Assembly: GCF_006345805.1 (NCBI RefSeq)
Contig: NC_043017.1
Span: 5,952,001-6,016,000, forward strand
Direction of reading: 5' to 3'
DNA from: Octopus sinensis
Taxonomy: Eukaryota
DNA length: 64,000 nt
Below the pieces are notes generated by a model that made no database searches, was not told where the DNA came from, and worked only from the letters and a program-made list of their open reading frames with translations. This document shows, one piece after another, positions 1 to 13,843 of the stretch; position 1 is the first letter of the stretch; each line of letters opens with the position of its first letter. The translations under genes were made by a program, and so were the position numbers.

Positions 1-332
1 AAGGAAAGAATAGAAATAACAATAGAGTCGTACAAAATTTATATATATGTATATATATAATAATAAATATTAGGGAATAAATCCAAATTTACAGGGAAAA
101 ATCAGATTTAGGACTGAATCCAATTTTATAGTAAAATATTATATAATATTAATTAGAGACAAAACCACTATTATGCAAATCAAACAAAGAAAGACTTAAT
201 CCAATAATCTAAAATATTATGTATATATATATATATGTAATGTATATATATTATGTATATATATATATATGTAATGTTATATATACATATATATATATAT
301 ATATATAATATATATATATATATATTTTTATT

Positions 333-446
333 TATAGAAGGAGCTTCTACAGGACTAGAACTGTTTCATTCAAGAGAAATCTTCAGGAGCTTCCTGAAGA
401 TTTCTCTTGAATGAAACATTCTAGTCCTGTAGAAGCTCCTTCTATA
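333..446. repeat. Near-perfect fold-back palindrome (~55-bp arms, 3-nt loop)
   Basis: tatagaaggagcttctacaggactagaactgtttcattcaagagaaatcttcagga-gct-tcctgaagatttctcttgaatgaaacattctagtcctgtagaagctccttctata; arms are reverse complements with one indel. Confidence 0.95.
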
Positions 447-542
447 TAATAAATTAATTTTACTCTGCTATGTATTGAGTACCTTATTTACTGTGGTTAC
501 CCCGAATCAACCCGGGCCTAATATATATATATATGATATGTA

Positions 543-578
<36 letters not shown>

Positions 579-1294
579 ATATGTATATATATGTTTAAAT
601 ACATTACAAATATATGTATGTAGATGTCCATGTGTGTGTGTTTTTATGTCTGTGTTTGTCCTCCATCACCGCTTGACCACCGGTATTGATGTGTTAGGTC
701 CCCGCAAACTAGCGGTTCAGCAAAGAGACACCGATCGAATAAGTACCAGGCTTTAAAAAAATAAGTCCTGGGGTCGACTTGTTTGACTAAAAAACCTTTA
801 AGGTGGTGCCCCAGAATGGCTACAATCCAATGACTGAAACAAGTGAAAGACTAAAAAAGTAAAAAAAAATGTGTGTGTGTGTGTATGTGTTTACGTTCCC
901 GTAAACTAGCGGTTCAGCAAAGGAGACCGATCAAGTAAGTATCAGGTTTAATAGAAAAAAAAACAAAAATAAAAAAAGGAAAATAACCACCGGGGTCGAT
1001 TCTTCCATCCTTCGAGACGGTACCCCAGACTGGCGCTGTTTAACGAGTTAAAAAATAAAAAGAATAATTAAAAAGATCAACAGCTACAGCAACGCCATCA
1101 ACATCATCAGCAGCAACAACGACAACAACAACAGTGAAACGATCATCAACGACTACAGCAGACGTCTGTATCTTAATTCTACGTTGGCATTACACCAAAA
1201 TGTCTGTTGACTTTGTTAGCGGTTCGATTGGGAAACTCGAGGACACTGAATACTTGAAGCGATTGCTCTACCATCCTCACATCTAGACTGGTTC

Positions 1295-2230
1295 CATGTG
1301 TATGTATGTATGTATGTATGAATGTGTGTTGTGTATGTATGTATGTATGTATGTATGTATGTATGTATGTGTGTGTGTGTATGTATGTATGTATGTATGT
1401 ATGTGTGTATGTATGTATGTACGCATGTATGTGTGTATGTATGTATGTTTGTATGTATGTATGTATGTATGTATGTAAGTATGTATGTATGTATGAGTGT
1501 ATGTATGTATGTATGTGTGTATGTATGTATGTATGTGTGTATGTTTGTGTGTATGTATGTATGTATGTATGTATGTATGTGTGTATGTATGTATGTATGT
1601 ATGTATTTATGTATGTATGTATGTATGTATGTATTATGTATGTATGTATGTAGTATGTATGTATGTATGTATGCATGTATGTATGAATGTATTTGTTTGC
1701 GTGTATGCATGTCTGTCAGTCTGTATGTATGTGTGTATGTATGTATGTATGTATACATGCATGTATGTATGTAGTATGTATGCATACATGTGTGTGTTTC
1801 ATGCATGCACATATGTATGTGTGTGTATGTATGCATGTATGTATGTGTGTGTGTATGTATGTATGTGTGTATATCTGCATCTGTGTATGTTTGTGTATGT
1901 ATGCTTGTATGTATGTATGTATGTGTGTATATCTGCATCTGTGTATGTTTGTGTATGTATGCTTGTATGTATGTATGTATGTGTGTGTATGTACGTATGT
2001 ATGCATATATGAATCTATGTGCGTATCTAGGCATGTATGTATGTCTGTATGTATGTGTATGTATGTATGTGTCTATGTATGTGTGTATGCATGCATGTAT
2101 GTATGTATCTATGCATGTATGTATGTATGTATGTATATATGTGTGTTATTCTATTCATGTTAGTAGGCACGCATATATGTATGTATATGTGTGTATATGT
2201 ATGTATTTATGTATGTTTATCTGTGTGTAT
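1295..2230. repeat. Compound (TATG)n/(TG)n microsatellite field
   Basis: Direct reading; source of the MYVC/HTYI pseudo-ORFs. Confidence 0.97.
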
Positions 2231-2359
2231 GCATGTATTATACATGAATGTTTGTCTGTCGGTCAGCGTGCATGGTTAAGTATGAGCAGCTGTTTATGTA
2301 TGTGTATATTATATCACAACATAAGCAAAACGTAGGTGCGTATAATGTTTGTATATATG

Positions 2360-2402
<43 letters not shown>

Positions 2403-2410
2403 AGTGAGAA

Positions 2411-2457
<47 letters not shown>

Positions 2458-3082
2458 CACACATATACTCATGCATACTCGTTTGCACACACATATAAAT
2501 GCATACACACACACACACACATTCTAGACTCGAGATCGTTACGTTTTATCTTTTTTTGCTTGGTTTACACTTTATTTCCGCTTTGTTGTCTCCCTTTGAT
2601 GTTTTATTTACTACACAACGTTGGACAGCAGACATTTTGGACGACCAGCAAAGCTTTAAACGGTCTCAGCGCTATGAAAGGGAATATGTAATGTGTAACG
2701 GTTCTGTCAGACGTTTGTCCAAGACATTGGAGAAGAATATGTCTGATAAAAGAAGGGAACGAGAGAAGAGTGGAAAGGGATGGAGAGAGATAGGAAAAAA
2801 AAAGAGAGAGAGATAGAAAAAAAAAGAGAGAGAAAGCGTGTAAGCAGAAAGGAAAGAAGAAAGGAAGAGAAGTTTGAAGAGAGGTTGAAAGACATAGAGA
2901 TTGAAGAGGGGAGGTGAGGTGTGGAGTGAGGGTGGGGAGGAGAGGAAAGCAAGCCAAACGAAATAATATGAATAAGAAAATAGAATAATGAAAATAAGCC
3001 AAAAACAATGACGACAGCAAATACAAAAAACAAATATTGTCTGTCCTTTCGCTGTAATGGGCTTGTGCGTGTTTGTGTTTGT

Positions 3083-3142
<60 letters not shown>

Positions 3143-3840
3143 GAATATACATGCACCCCACCAATATATTTTTTTATGAACATACAGATATACACACGAA
3201 TATGAGTACACACACATAGATGAACAGACACGCATATATATGAACACATACACACACTTATTTATTAAACTCTTACAAGAGAGGTGTCAGTGACTTCGAC
3301 GCTTCACCGTATTTGTCTACCTCAGGCTGACGATAGAAACCTAAAAACAAACATCTATACACACACACATATATATATACACACACACACATATATATAT
3401 ATATACATGTACATATACATACATATACATATACATACATATATATATACATATATATATATACATATATATTTACATATTATATACATATATATATACA
3501 TATATATATATACATATATATATACACATATATATACACACACACACACACACACAAATATATATATATATATACATACATACGTACATAGATACATATC
3601 ATACAAGTTGCAGGTTTATTCCTAGTGGTACACCACTAGGGAAGAACACAGTATATTTTTCCAACTACTTCCTATACATAAGAAGGGAAGGCGTCCCTTG
3701 TCAATCCGTACGACGGTCGATGTTGGTTCAGTACGAGTTTGGTGCATGGTGCGAATAAGATCAAAAACTATCAGCAGCGGCGATATGATATGATGTGATA
3801 TGATATGATGTGATATGATATATATATATATATATATATA

Positions 3841-4063
3841 TATTTCTTTACTACCCATAAGGGGCTAAACACAGAGGGGACAAACAAGGATAGACAAACG
3901 GATTAAGTCGATTACATCGACCCCAGTTCGTAACTGCTACTTAATTTATCGACCCCGAAAGGATGAAAGGCAAAGTCGACCTCGGCGGAATTTGAACTCA
4001 GAACGTAACGGCAGACGAAATACGGCTACGCATTTCTCCCGGCGTGCTAACGTTTCTGCCAGC
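3841..4063 (-). mobile_element. tRNA-derived SINE, family A
   Basis: Reverse complement of the recurrent unit ggcagaa.cgttag...ctgagttcaaattccgccgaggtcgactttgcctttcatcctttcggggtcgat; B-box-like GAGTTCAAAT; central part resembles, from memory and unverified, the Meta-SINE domain. Confidence 0.85.
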
Positions 4064-4076
4064 TAATATATATATT

Positions 4077-4167
4077 AGGCGCAGGCGTGGCTGTGTGGTA
4101 AGTAGCTTGCTTTCCAACCACATGTTTCCGGGTTCAGTGAGTGGATTTGGTAGACGGAAACTGAAAT

Positions 4168-4204
<37 letters not shown>

Positions 4205-4410
4205 TTATATGTCTGTGTTTGTCCCCCCTCCATCGCTTGACAACTGATGTTGGTGTGTCTACGTCCCCGTAATCTAACCGTTCGACAAAACAGACGAATA
4301 AGATAAGTATTGGCTTACAAAGAATACGTTCTGGGGTCGATTTCTGCTAAAAAAAAAAGGCGGTGTTCCAGCAATGCCGCAGTCAAGTGACTGAAACAAA
4401 TAAAAGAATA
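4077..4410 (+). mobile_element. tRNA-derived SINE, family B (internal microsatellite), internally deleted
   Basis: gtggctgtgtggtaagtagcttgc...gggttcagt head and cagtcaagtgactgaaacaa tail; homologous to 26121-26520 and 35553-35975. Confidence 0.85.
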
Positions 4411-4838
4411 TAATAATATACATATATCTATGTATGCACGTTTGTATGTATGTATGTATGTATGTATGTATGTATGTATGTATGTATGTATGTATTATGT
4501 ATGTATGTATGTATGTATGTATGCACGTTTGTATGTATGTAAGTATGTATGTATGTATTTATGTATGTATGTATGTATGTATGTATGTATGTATGCACGT
4601 TTGTATGTATGTATGTATGTATGTATGTATGTATGAATCTATGTATGTCTGCATTCATATGTGTATGTGTTTGTGTATAATACGAAGACCGCGTTTCTTC
4701 GGCGATCTTTGCTGTCTTGACAACGACTGTTCTTTAAAAATGTAGTTCAAATTGTAAAAATACAAGATAAAACAGAAGATAAGTGAGAGAACAACAAACA
4801 CGATGTATTAGTTTCACGCTGAGGGAAAATGGAAGGGT

Positions 4839-4874
4839 CTTTGACGTTTCGAGCTTACGCTCTTCTAGAGAAAG
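4839..4874 (-). ncRNA. Minimal hammerhead-ribozyme-like motif (Penelope type), degenerate core
   Basis: Minus strand: CUUU-CUCUAGA-A-GAGC-GUAA-GCUC-GAAACGUC-AAAG; stem I CUUU/AAAG, stem II with GNRA loop, GUC triplet; CUGANGA box altered. Confidence 0.5.
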
Positions 4875-5699
4875 GAATGAGGAAAGAACACAATGGAGAG
4901 AGGGAGAAACACGGAGAGATCTTTGTTTTTACTATATCACCATCAGCTCTTTCCTGAATTTAAACACGAAGACCCAAACCTGTACAAGAACCTAGCGATC
5001 TCGTAATCACTGTGGTTGATGAATACAAACATAAAAACGGCGTACCTTTTCATTTCCTGTCAGGTTGCAATCTGCCATGATGATGGTGTCGCTATGTGTC
5101 TAAAAGAGAAATGGGAAACTTACAATTGAATGTATGCCATCTAACATTACGTAAAATCGATCTCCATTTAAGGCCTGCTAAACTTTGTTCACAGTTTTCT
5201 CGGCGCATCAAGTAAATATACGTACACATTTTCATATAATATAATATTATGTAATCTAAACTGAAAAACAACTCAATGACAAGCCACTGAAATAAATATA
5301 CACATATTTATGTTATAGAACCAAGTGATATACGTGATTCTGGTGACTTGGTGTATATTAAAAACAGGAGCAATATTCTGTTTTTGTTTTTCTTTTCAAG
5401 CCCGAGGACAAACGAAATATATTTCAATTAAACTAAGTTATATACACACACGCGAGACGGACAAGGTAAAACGCGAAGTATAAGTATTAAATTGAAATGC
5501 TATTGAATTCAATTCTTGCCTCTTTGTATGTAGACAATCTAAAGCAAAGCGTATCAACAAGTTAAAGTTTAACCTAAGCTTGCAGCTATAAATTATAAAT
5601 AATTCTCAAAATACTACAAGAATGCTTATATTCTTTTTCTCTTTCGCAGAATTTCACCAAAGAGTTCGATTAACAAATAACCTAGAGCGCTATTAACAT

Positions 5700-6225
5700 A
5701 CACACACACACATATATATATGTGTTATATATATATATATATATATATATGTTATATATAATTATGTTATATATATTATATATGTTATATATTTAGTATA
5801 TTTATATATATGTTATATATATTATATATTATGTTATATATATTATATATTATATATTATTATATATATATATATATATATATAATATATTATGTTATAT
5901 ATATTATATATATATGTTATATATATTATATATATTATATATATATATATACATGCACATATATTATATATATACATGCATATAAAATATATATATGTAT
6001 ATATATATATATGTGTGTGTATGTATGTAAATGCATACGTCTTATATGTATGTATGCATATATACATGCAAACACACACACACACACACACGCATATATA
6101 AGTGTATATATAAGTGTATATATATATACAGAGAGAGAGAGTGAGAGAGGGAGAGAAGGAGAGATAGGGACAGATAGAGAGACGTGATATATAGATAGAT
6201 AAATAGATAGATAGCTACATGTATA
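5700..6225. repeat. (TA)n/(TATAT)n-rich compound microsatellite
   Basis: Direct reading. Confidence 0.95.
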
Positions 6226-6521
6226 CGTATATACAAGCATAAATCTTAATATAATTTAATGCAGTGAAACTGAATTGAAGCATCCCGAGGCAAATGTATG
6301 AAACTCGGAACATGTTATTCAAGTTTCTAGTAGTTGGGTGCATATCAAATACACAAGCAAACACCCTCTTATCCTCGTGCCCTACCTAATTCATCATCCT
6401 GATATGCGTAACTCAGTTTATTTTGAATGTCTTTTATCTGACCTCGACTGAAGAAGTTTCTGCTTGTGTTTGAAATATACACCATGCTACCAGAAGCATC
6501 TAGTTCTCTTGAGTATATACT

Positions 6522-6905
6522 ATTTTATACCCTAGGTACAAGGCCCAAAATTTTGGGTGAGGTGGTCAGTCGATTAGATCAACCCCAGTACGCAACTGGT
6601 ACTTAATGTATAGACGCAAAGTCGACCTCGGTGGAATTTGAACTCAAGAACGTAGCGGCAGACGAAATACCTATTTCTTTACTACCCACAAGGGGCTAAA
6701 CACAGAGAGGACAAACAAGGACAGACAAACGGATTAAGTCGATTACATCGACCCCAGTGTGTAACTGGTACTTATTTTATCGACCCCGAAAGGATGAAAG
6801 GCAAAGTCGACCTCGGCGGAATTTGAACTCATAACGTAACGGCAGACAAAATACCGCTAAGCATCCTACCCGGCATGCTACTGATTCTGCCGGCTCACCG
6901 CCTTA
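6522..6905 (-). mobile_element. Dimeric family-A SINE
   Basis: Two head-to-tail units joined at gacgaaatac|ctatttctttactacccac (~6661-6690). Confidence 0.85.
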
Positions 6906-6924
6906 TCATTATGTATAATAATAC

Positions 6925-7112
6925 AAAGGTGTCGAATCGACCGAATCGTTAGTACACGAGGTAACATGCTTAGAGGTACTTCGTCAGTATTTACGATCTG
7001 AGTTCAAATTCCACCGAGGTCGACTTTACCTTTCATCCTTTCGGAGATCAATAAAGTAATCGACTTACTCCCTACTCGCAAATTGCTGGCCTTGTGCCAA
7101 AATTTGAAACCA
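6925..7112 (+). mobile_element. Family-A SINE (diverged)
   Basis: ctgagttcaaattccaccgaggtcgactttacctttcatcctttcgg; tail aaaatttgaaacc. Confidence 0.8.
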
Positions 7113-7335
7113 TTATGTATCATATGTTTTATAGAAAAATACTTTGTATATAAATATTCGGTCAAAAGATCCGAACTATAAATGCTCAGAATAGAAAACA
7201 CTTGAGACCTTAAATGATTTGAATACTGAAACCGAGGATTAGGTCCACGGATTAACGAGTAGTTATAAAAGAAATCCAGGTGGGTTTATATGAAGATAGT
7301 GATGCAGATAAACACGGTTAGGCTTGATATGTATA

Positions 7336-7562
7336 GAGTAATTCCTCGCCATAACGCGGTTTCACATATCGCGGTTTATTATTTAAGCTCACGCCGCCGA
7401 TTCCTCCATGGTGTTGTTTTACGTTTATGATAAAATAAATATATACAAATTATAAAAATAATGGAAAAAAATATACAATACACTACTGTTTCTATTTCGC
7501 GGATTTTCACCTATTGTGGGGTGTTTTGGAACGTAACACCCGCGATAATCGAGGGATTACTA
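7336..7562. mobile_element. Tc1/mariner-superfamily (pogo/Tigger-like) MITE
   Basis: TIRs agtaattcctcg...cgagggattact with TA flanks; homologous copies at 15001-15219, 15325-15548 and 56560-56786. Confidence 0.8.
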
Positions 7563-7763
7563 TATAAATTTACAACAATTTTCTTACTTGAAGGGTGTCG
7601 CGAAGGGCCAGGCTGGACGCGCAACCGTCTAAGTTCTTTTACAGGGTTTAGAAAAAATTGAAGGACCACTGCAATAAGTGTGTGAACATGAGAGGGGTAT
7701 ATACGTTATTTACATTAATTACATTTGACAATTGATATTTGTCCTCATCTTGTTTCTTGTTAG

Positions 7764-7805
7764 CACAACGTTTCTGCTGATATACCCTCCAGCCCTCATC
7801 AGGTG
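7764..7805 (-). ncRNA. Minimal hammerhead-ribozyme-like motif (Penelope type), intact core
   Basis: Minus strand: CAC-CUGAUGA-GG-GCUG-GAGGGUAUAU-CAGC-A-GAAACGUU-GUG; exact CUGAUGA and GAAAC boxes, stem I CAC/GUG, stem II GCUG/CAGC, palindromic ACGU helix III. Confidence 0.65.
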
Positions 7806-7974
7806 TCTTGGGGAAATTTCGAACCTGGGTTCTCATTCCTAAGGTATGAGAAGGGTATATGTTGAATAAAATCATAATTAACTGATCCTTCTGTATTTTC
7901 TTTTACCCAAAGCCAGGATCTTTTCAGCAATCTCTCATATATACATAAACACATAGACACACATCCATACACGC

Positions 7975-8246
7975 GCTCACACACTCACACACACATACAT
8001 ACATACATACATACATACACACATACATACACACATACACACACATACACACACATACATACACATATACATACACACATACACACATACACACATACAC
8101 ACACATACATACACATATACATACACACATACACATACATACACACGCATACATACACACACATACACACATACACATATACATACATACATACATACAT
8201 ACAGACAGACAGCCAGACAGCCAGCCAGCCAGACAGAGAGATAGAC

Positions 8247-8329
<83 letters not shown>

Positions 8330-8330
8330 C
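7975..8330. repeat. (CATA)n/(CA)n followed by (GATA)n microsatellite
   Basis: Direct reading. Confidence 0.95.
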
Positions 8331-8937
8331 AGAAGCATACGGAGATACATATAAATATACACACGTATACCGAGAATCGTAAATAAACACACCTTTTCAA
8401 ACAAATACAAATCTATACACTTATATAAACAGTGGTATAGACATACAGACGCACGTACACAGTATTTAACTCAACTGCGAACATATGTCTCTGCACGTCT
8501 ATCTTTTGATCAATACATACATCACTTTCTTTTTTCTTCGTATTTACAGTCTCTTCTGGCACAAATTGCTACAACACAGGTTTCACAGACATCAACAGAT
8601 ATTCTAACAGCAATAAATGTTCTTAAAAGTAGTTACATGGAAGTTTACGTATTTAAAAGGAAATAAAATAGAAAATTATAATAGAGAAATAAATGGAAAC
8701 TTATACAAGGGAAAGGTTATCGTGACGTAATATCTCCACGTGACGCAGTGATACTACACAGAAGCTTATACACACAAACATAAATAGCGTACGGTGCGGA
8801 AATAGAAGACCAAAGTGCTCATGATGTTCATGATAATGGTTTTATCTTTATGGGTATCTAAAGTAAAATAGAAGTACAAAATTTATAAGGATGGTCGTAT
8901 CTGTTAGTGCCATGCATATTCTATGGTGTGTTGTATT

Positions 8938-9152
8938 AAGGCGGCGAACTGGCAGAATCGTTAGCAACGCCGGGAAGCATGTTTGGCAGCACTTCGTCCG
9001 TCTTTACTTTCTGAGTTCGAATTCCGCCGAGGTCGACTTTTCCTTTCATCCTTTCGGGGTCGATAGATTAAATACCAGTCGCGTACTGGAATCGATGTAA
9101 TCTACTAATCCGCTTCCCCCAAAATTTCTAGCCTTGTGACAAAATTTGAAAC
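8938..9152 (+). mobile_element. Family-A SINE
   Basis: aaggcggcgaactggcagaatcgttagc head; ctgagttcgaattccgccgagg; tail aaaatttgaaacc. Confidence 0.88.
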
Positions 9153-9179
9153 CATAGTGCATATTACGTGGTACCTAGG

Positions 9180-9470
9180 TCTCTCTGGTGTGGGTTTTTT
9201 TGCGCAGGTGGGATGTTACAAGGCTTATGGCATTTAGCAATCGCGCTGGTGTAGTGTATGGGGCGTCCGAAATGGCCACTGGTCTGACATTTGTGGAAGC
9301 GTTGAGGTCTTCCACCCTGGATCTTTCACTCTTAGCTATCGTCTTGCATTCTGGTGCGTGTTTCTTTGATTTTGAGTTTGTTGTAGCTAAATCAGCTAAA
9401 CACGATCCTTTGCGCCATATCCAAAGAAAACTGCTGTTTGACTTTTGTTCGCGCTGCTTTTAAAAAAAAC
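9180..9470 (-). pseudogene. Probable decayed RTE-LINE 3' end (ORF2 C-terminus)
   Basis: Minus frame ...SSFLWIWRKGS...PYTTPARLLNAISLVTSHLRKKTH resembles the RTE C-terminal ...RL....GL.SHLR.H motif; cysteines lost. Confidence 0.4.
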
Positions 9471-10088
9471 TACCATTCGATAAATTATACAAATTTCACA
9501 TTTTATATCTCTGAAGAACAGAAGAGTTGTCTATAAATGCTTATCAATATAGGATTCCTTTATAGGGACATCACTTTTGCGAAACGATCGTAAGATGCTT
9601 TAAATACCTAATTCAAAACTTTTAAACTGTAATATTTATTATTATATATTTATACTTATATATATTTACATATATTTATATTTTTAATACAACAATTATT
9701 TTACACACCTATATATCTTTCTGAAGAATTTTCTAATATTGATTTCTCGATATTAATAATAATGTATTATATAATGATATATATATATATATCAAGAGAG
9801 TGAGAGAGAGGTTAAGAGAGGTAATAGTGTGGTCCACAATAATTAACTTTTCCTCGAGAATTATGCGATCCATAGCACTTTTCTTTTCGAGAGTGTTTTC
9901 CCCAAATCACTTGTGCAAGATTTGATATTTATATTTAACACAGGTAAGGATTTCGATGGCCGGGCGAAAATTTTGCTAAAAGCGGAAAATACTTTCATTC
10001 TCACACACAACCGAATTTTTTCGCAATTTTGCAAAGCTATTGTCAGGAGCGCAAGTCTACTCGCCATTGTGTACACAAACACACACAC

Positions 10089-10122
<34 letters not shown>

Positions 10123-10458
10123 AAGAGTGAGAGAGAGATATATACACACACATATATACAGACATTCATGGAAATACGCATATAGACACCCAGTCATAAG
10201 CATAGACAAATACTGACACACATTTATATATTACTGAGTATAGCCGACGGGCAAATTTCTAAGTCATCCTTAACTGGCCATAGATTCAAGTCTATTTGAG
10301 ATTCTATGGACTACGAAAATGGATCAAAGCTTATCTATCAGGCGACACTTAATACAGTATATCTCCGCTCAGCATATTCTATTCAATACTCAGCTGAATT
10401 GTTGGATAGCGATCTTAATAGCCTACTAACTGATAATAGCCTATCTATCAATCAATCA

Positions 10459-10539
<81 letters not shown>

Positions 10540-10622
10540 ACTATCGTTCTCTTTATATATGTGCACAGGCACACACACATATATACACAAACACGCATAT
10601 ATATATACATATATGCAGAGGG

Positions 10623-10654
<32 letters not shown>

Positions 10655-10679
10655 TAGATAGAGATAGCTAGCTCTATGG

Positions 10680-10717
<38 letters not shown>

Positions 10718-11425
10718 AGCTATCTAAACATATATATAAATATATACACACATACATATAATATATATACCTGTATGTACTTATAAATATATAAATATAT
10801 TACGTACATATATACCTATATTTATATATATACGTATGCACACACTGTCACACGCACGCACACAAACACCACACATACACACATACATATACACACACAC
10901 ATATACTCACATGTATGAGTACATACATTTTTATTTATTTATGAGTTTTATGTACTTTTCATTTTATGTGTGAGTGTGTGTATGTGTGTGTAAGTGTGTG
11001 TGTGTGTGTGTGCGTGTGTATGTATGCGTGTGCGCGTGCACGTGCGTTGTATGCATAAACCCAACCCCAGAAATAAATAGCTAAAATGTTATCAATGTCT
11101 AATAATATTTGAACGAATAGAGAGTAACGCTGGGTGGTGATTATGCAGAACAAATCTATCAGAGATGGAATGTAGGGCTTGTTCCAGTGGGAGGACGGCG
11201 GGGGAGACAGGGTCACATGATGGAGGTGCTTTGATGTAGATTTAATAAAACTGTCCCACATAATTGACCGCATCATCTCCCAGCTTCTATATTATTATAT
11301 ACTCACATCTCACAGTGCCTATGTATATTATTATTATACACTCTTACTTCCTATCTTGTATATTATTTATACACACACTTCAGGAAACATTCAGTCCTTT
11401 TTTCATATTAGCAATGAAATAACCC

Positions 11426-11496
<71 letters not shown>

Positions 11497-11584
11497 AATA
11501 CATAGACGTGTGTGTGTATTTATCTTAAAATCAATCTTTTTATCTATGAATAAGTCTCTTTCTCTTTCTCTCTCTCTTTGATAT

Positions 11585-11788
11585 GCACACACACACACAC
11601 ACACACATATATATACATATATATATACATATATATATATATACATATATATATATATCCATATATATATATACATATATATATATACATATATATATGT
11701 GTACATATATATATACATATACATATATATATACATATATATATACATATACATATATATATATACATATATATATACATACATATAC

Positions 11789-11820
<32 letters not shown>

Positions 11821-11821
11821 C

Positions 11822-11861
<40 letters not shown>

Positions 11862-11915
11862 CACATATATATATATACATATATACACACACAACACACA
11901 CACATATATATATAT
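11585..11915. repeat. (TA)n/(TACA)n microsatellite
   Basis: Direct reading; source of YIYI pseudo-ORFs. Confidence 0.97.
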
Positions 11916-12226
11916 ATTTTTTTTTTTTTTGTATGTATGTATGTATGTTTATTTTTTCTTTACTTTTCTTTCTCCATCCCCCTCAATCACCCGCTAACTT
12001 TCTTCGTTTCTTTCACGCTTTCTACTTCTTCTTTTCTCTTAATATTCCTACGTCACTCTCCCTCCTCTTTCTCCCCCCTCTCTCTCCTTCCCTATATGAC
12101 CCCCAAAAATCTGTCCATAACACAATCCCCCCCACCTCACCCCCACACACTCACACACAGATGCAATATAATCTTTTCACGTCTCCTTCTCGCACACTCA
12201 TCTCAATCAGTCTCCTATTGTTCCTT

Positions 12227-12907
12227 AGTTCCATACCTATATTTACCATTGTTACTACCAATGGTGATGATAGACAAAAATTGGTCGAAACCAAAAAGAC
12301 AAAACAGGGATTCTCACATCGCTCGCGCTGATACACGCGTAGGCGCACAGGCTCCCTCCACACACTCTCCCATATACATGCATACATATACACTTATAGC
12401 TATCTATCTACCTATATATGTTATTAAATACGCACACATACACATATATATATCTATATATATATATATACATACACACATACATATATATACGTATATG
12501 TATGCATGTACATGCATGCATAGATACATACACACATACATATATACACGCATATATATGTATACATATATATATATATATATATACATATATATGTATA
12601 GATATATATAGATACATATATACAGACATATATATGTATACATATATATATACACACATATATGTGTATATATGTATATATGTATATATGTATATATGTA
12701 TATATATATATGTATATATGTATATATATATATATATGTATATATGTATACAAGCATATATATAGTTCCATACCTATATTTACCATTGTAACTACCAATG
12801 GTGATGGGAGAGAAAAATTGGTCGAAACCAAAGAAATAAAACAGGAATTCCCACACAGCACATGCGGATACACGCGTGCGCGCACACGCCCCCTCCACGC
12901 ACTCTCC
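12227..12907. repeat. Diverged ~145-bp direct duplication (12227-12370 and 12764-12907) separated by microsatellite
   Basis: Both copies start agttccatacctatatttaccattgt(t/a)actaccaatggtgatg and share aaaaattggtcgaaaccaaa. Confidence 0.9.
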
Positions 12908-13407
12908 TTCTTATATATATATATATATATATATATTATACATACACACATTTTAGATAGATAGATAGATAGATTGATAGATACATTTTATATGAATGTA
13001 AATATAAATTTTATGTTGGTGCTGCAACATGACCTGTCTTTACTGTCCTCTCTTTGTTACCATTTTTACCTCTCCGCAAAAAAATCTCAAATTTTCTTTA
13101 AATTGCTTTTTGCGGGAAGGACTGTTTCAATGGAATCGTGTCTCGCCTTTACCTTCGATACGCGGAGTCGATGAAACAGAGGCGGCTGAAGAAGGGAAAT
13201 TTTCCTTGTATTGTATTTCTTGTACTCTATTTTTTCGTTGTTTAAGAAAAATGTCCATTTCCTTGGTTTTCTGTTTATGATTTCGTTTCTCATTGTGTTC
13301 GACGTCTTTTTGGTGTCCTGTACTCATATATGCATGTATATATACATATAGATGTAGGTACGTACGTATATGTATGTATATATGCATATGTTTTATATAT
13401 TAATTTG

Positions 13408-13445
<38 letters not shown>

Positions 13446-13783
13446 ACATATTAAAAGGGTTCCGTTGGAAATCTCATTTAAATAAAAGAGTTGGGAACCA
13501 CTGTGAAAAGGTTGGTAGATTAAGAAACCCCGTTGGTAGGACCCCTAATATTGAAAATGGGGTTTTATCGCTTATGGTATGCAAATTAAGTAGCCCCAGT
13601 TTCCTGTAGCAAGTGAAATTGTTGAGTATAGAAACGGATTGGCTGCCCGTTTCTCTGGATTGGTGGAATTGATGAAGACACCTCCGATGAGGATTCAATG
13701 ACATTCGATAATCGATTAAGGTTGTTCGTCACTTTTTATCAATCTATAGAAAAACTGCTAGATTAGCCCTGTTTATGAAGGTA

Positions 13784-13843
<60 letters not shown>

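Noticed and set aside
1179-2335. Long ORFs such as MHTYIHTY... and MYVCMYVC...
   Set aside because: Pure translations of (TATG)n/(CATA)n; these repeats simply lack stop codons in several frames
4945-5130. Acceptor-like sites with short peptides (LFPEFKHEDPNLYKNLAIS; VAICHDDGVAMCLKEKWETYN)
   Set aside because: Frames stop before a convincing donor, and equally plausible readings exist on the opposite strand
8550-8666. Strong acceptor followed by SLLAQIATTQVSQTSTDILTAINVLKSSYMEV
   Set aside because: No consensus donor, two competing frames, and no recognisable homology
11494-12951. 342-aa and 210-aa YIYI-rich ORFs
   Set aside because: Translations of (TA)n microsatellite running into low-complexity sequence
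13180-13215. ctgaagaagggaaattttcctt as a sixth hammerhead
   Set aside because: The GAAA box and cleavage triplet are missing after the stem
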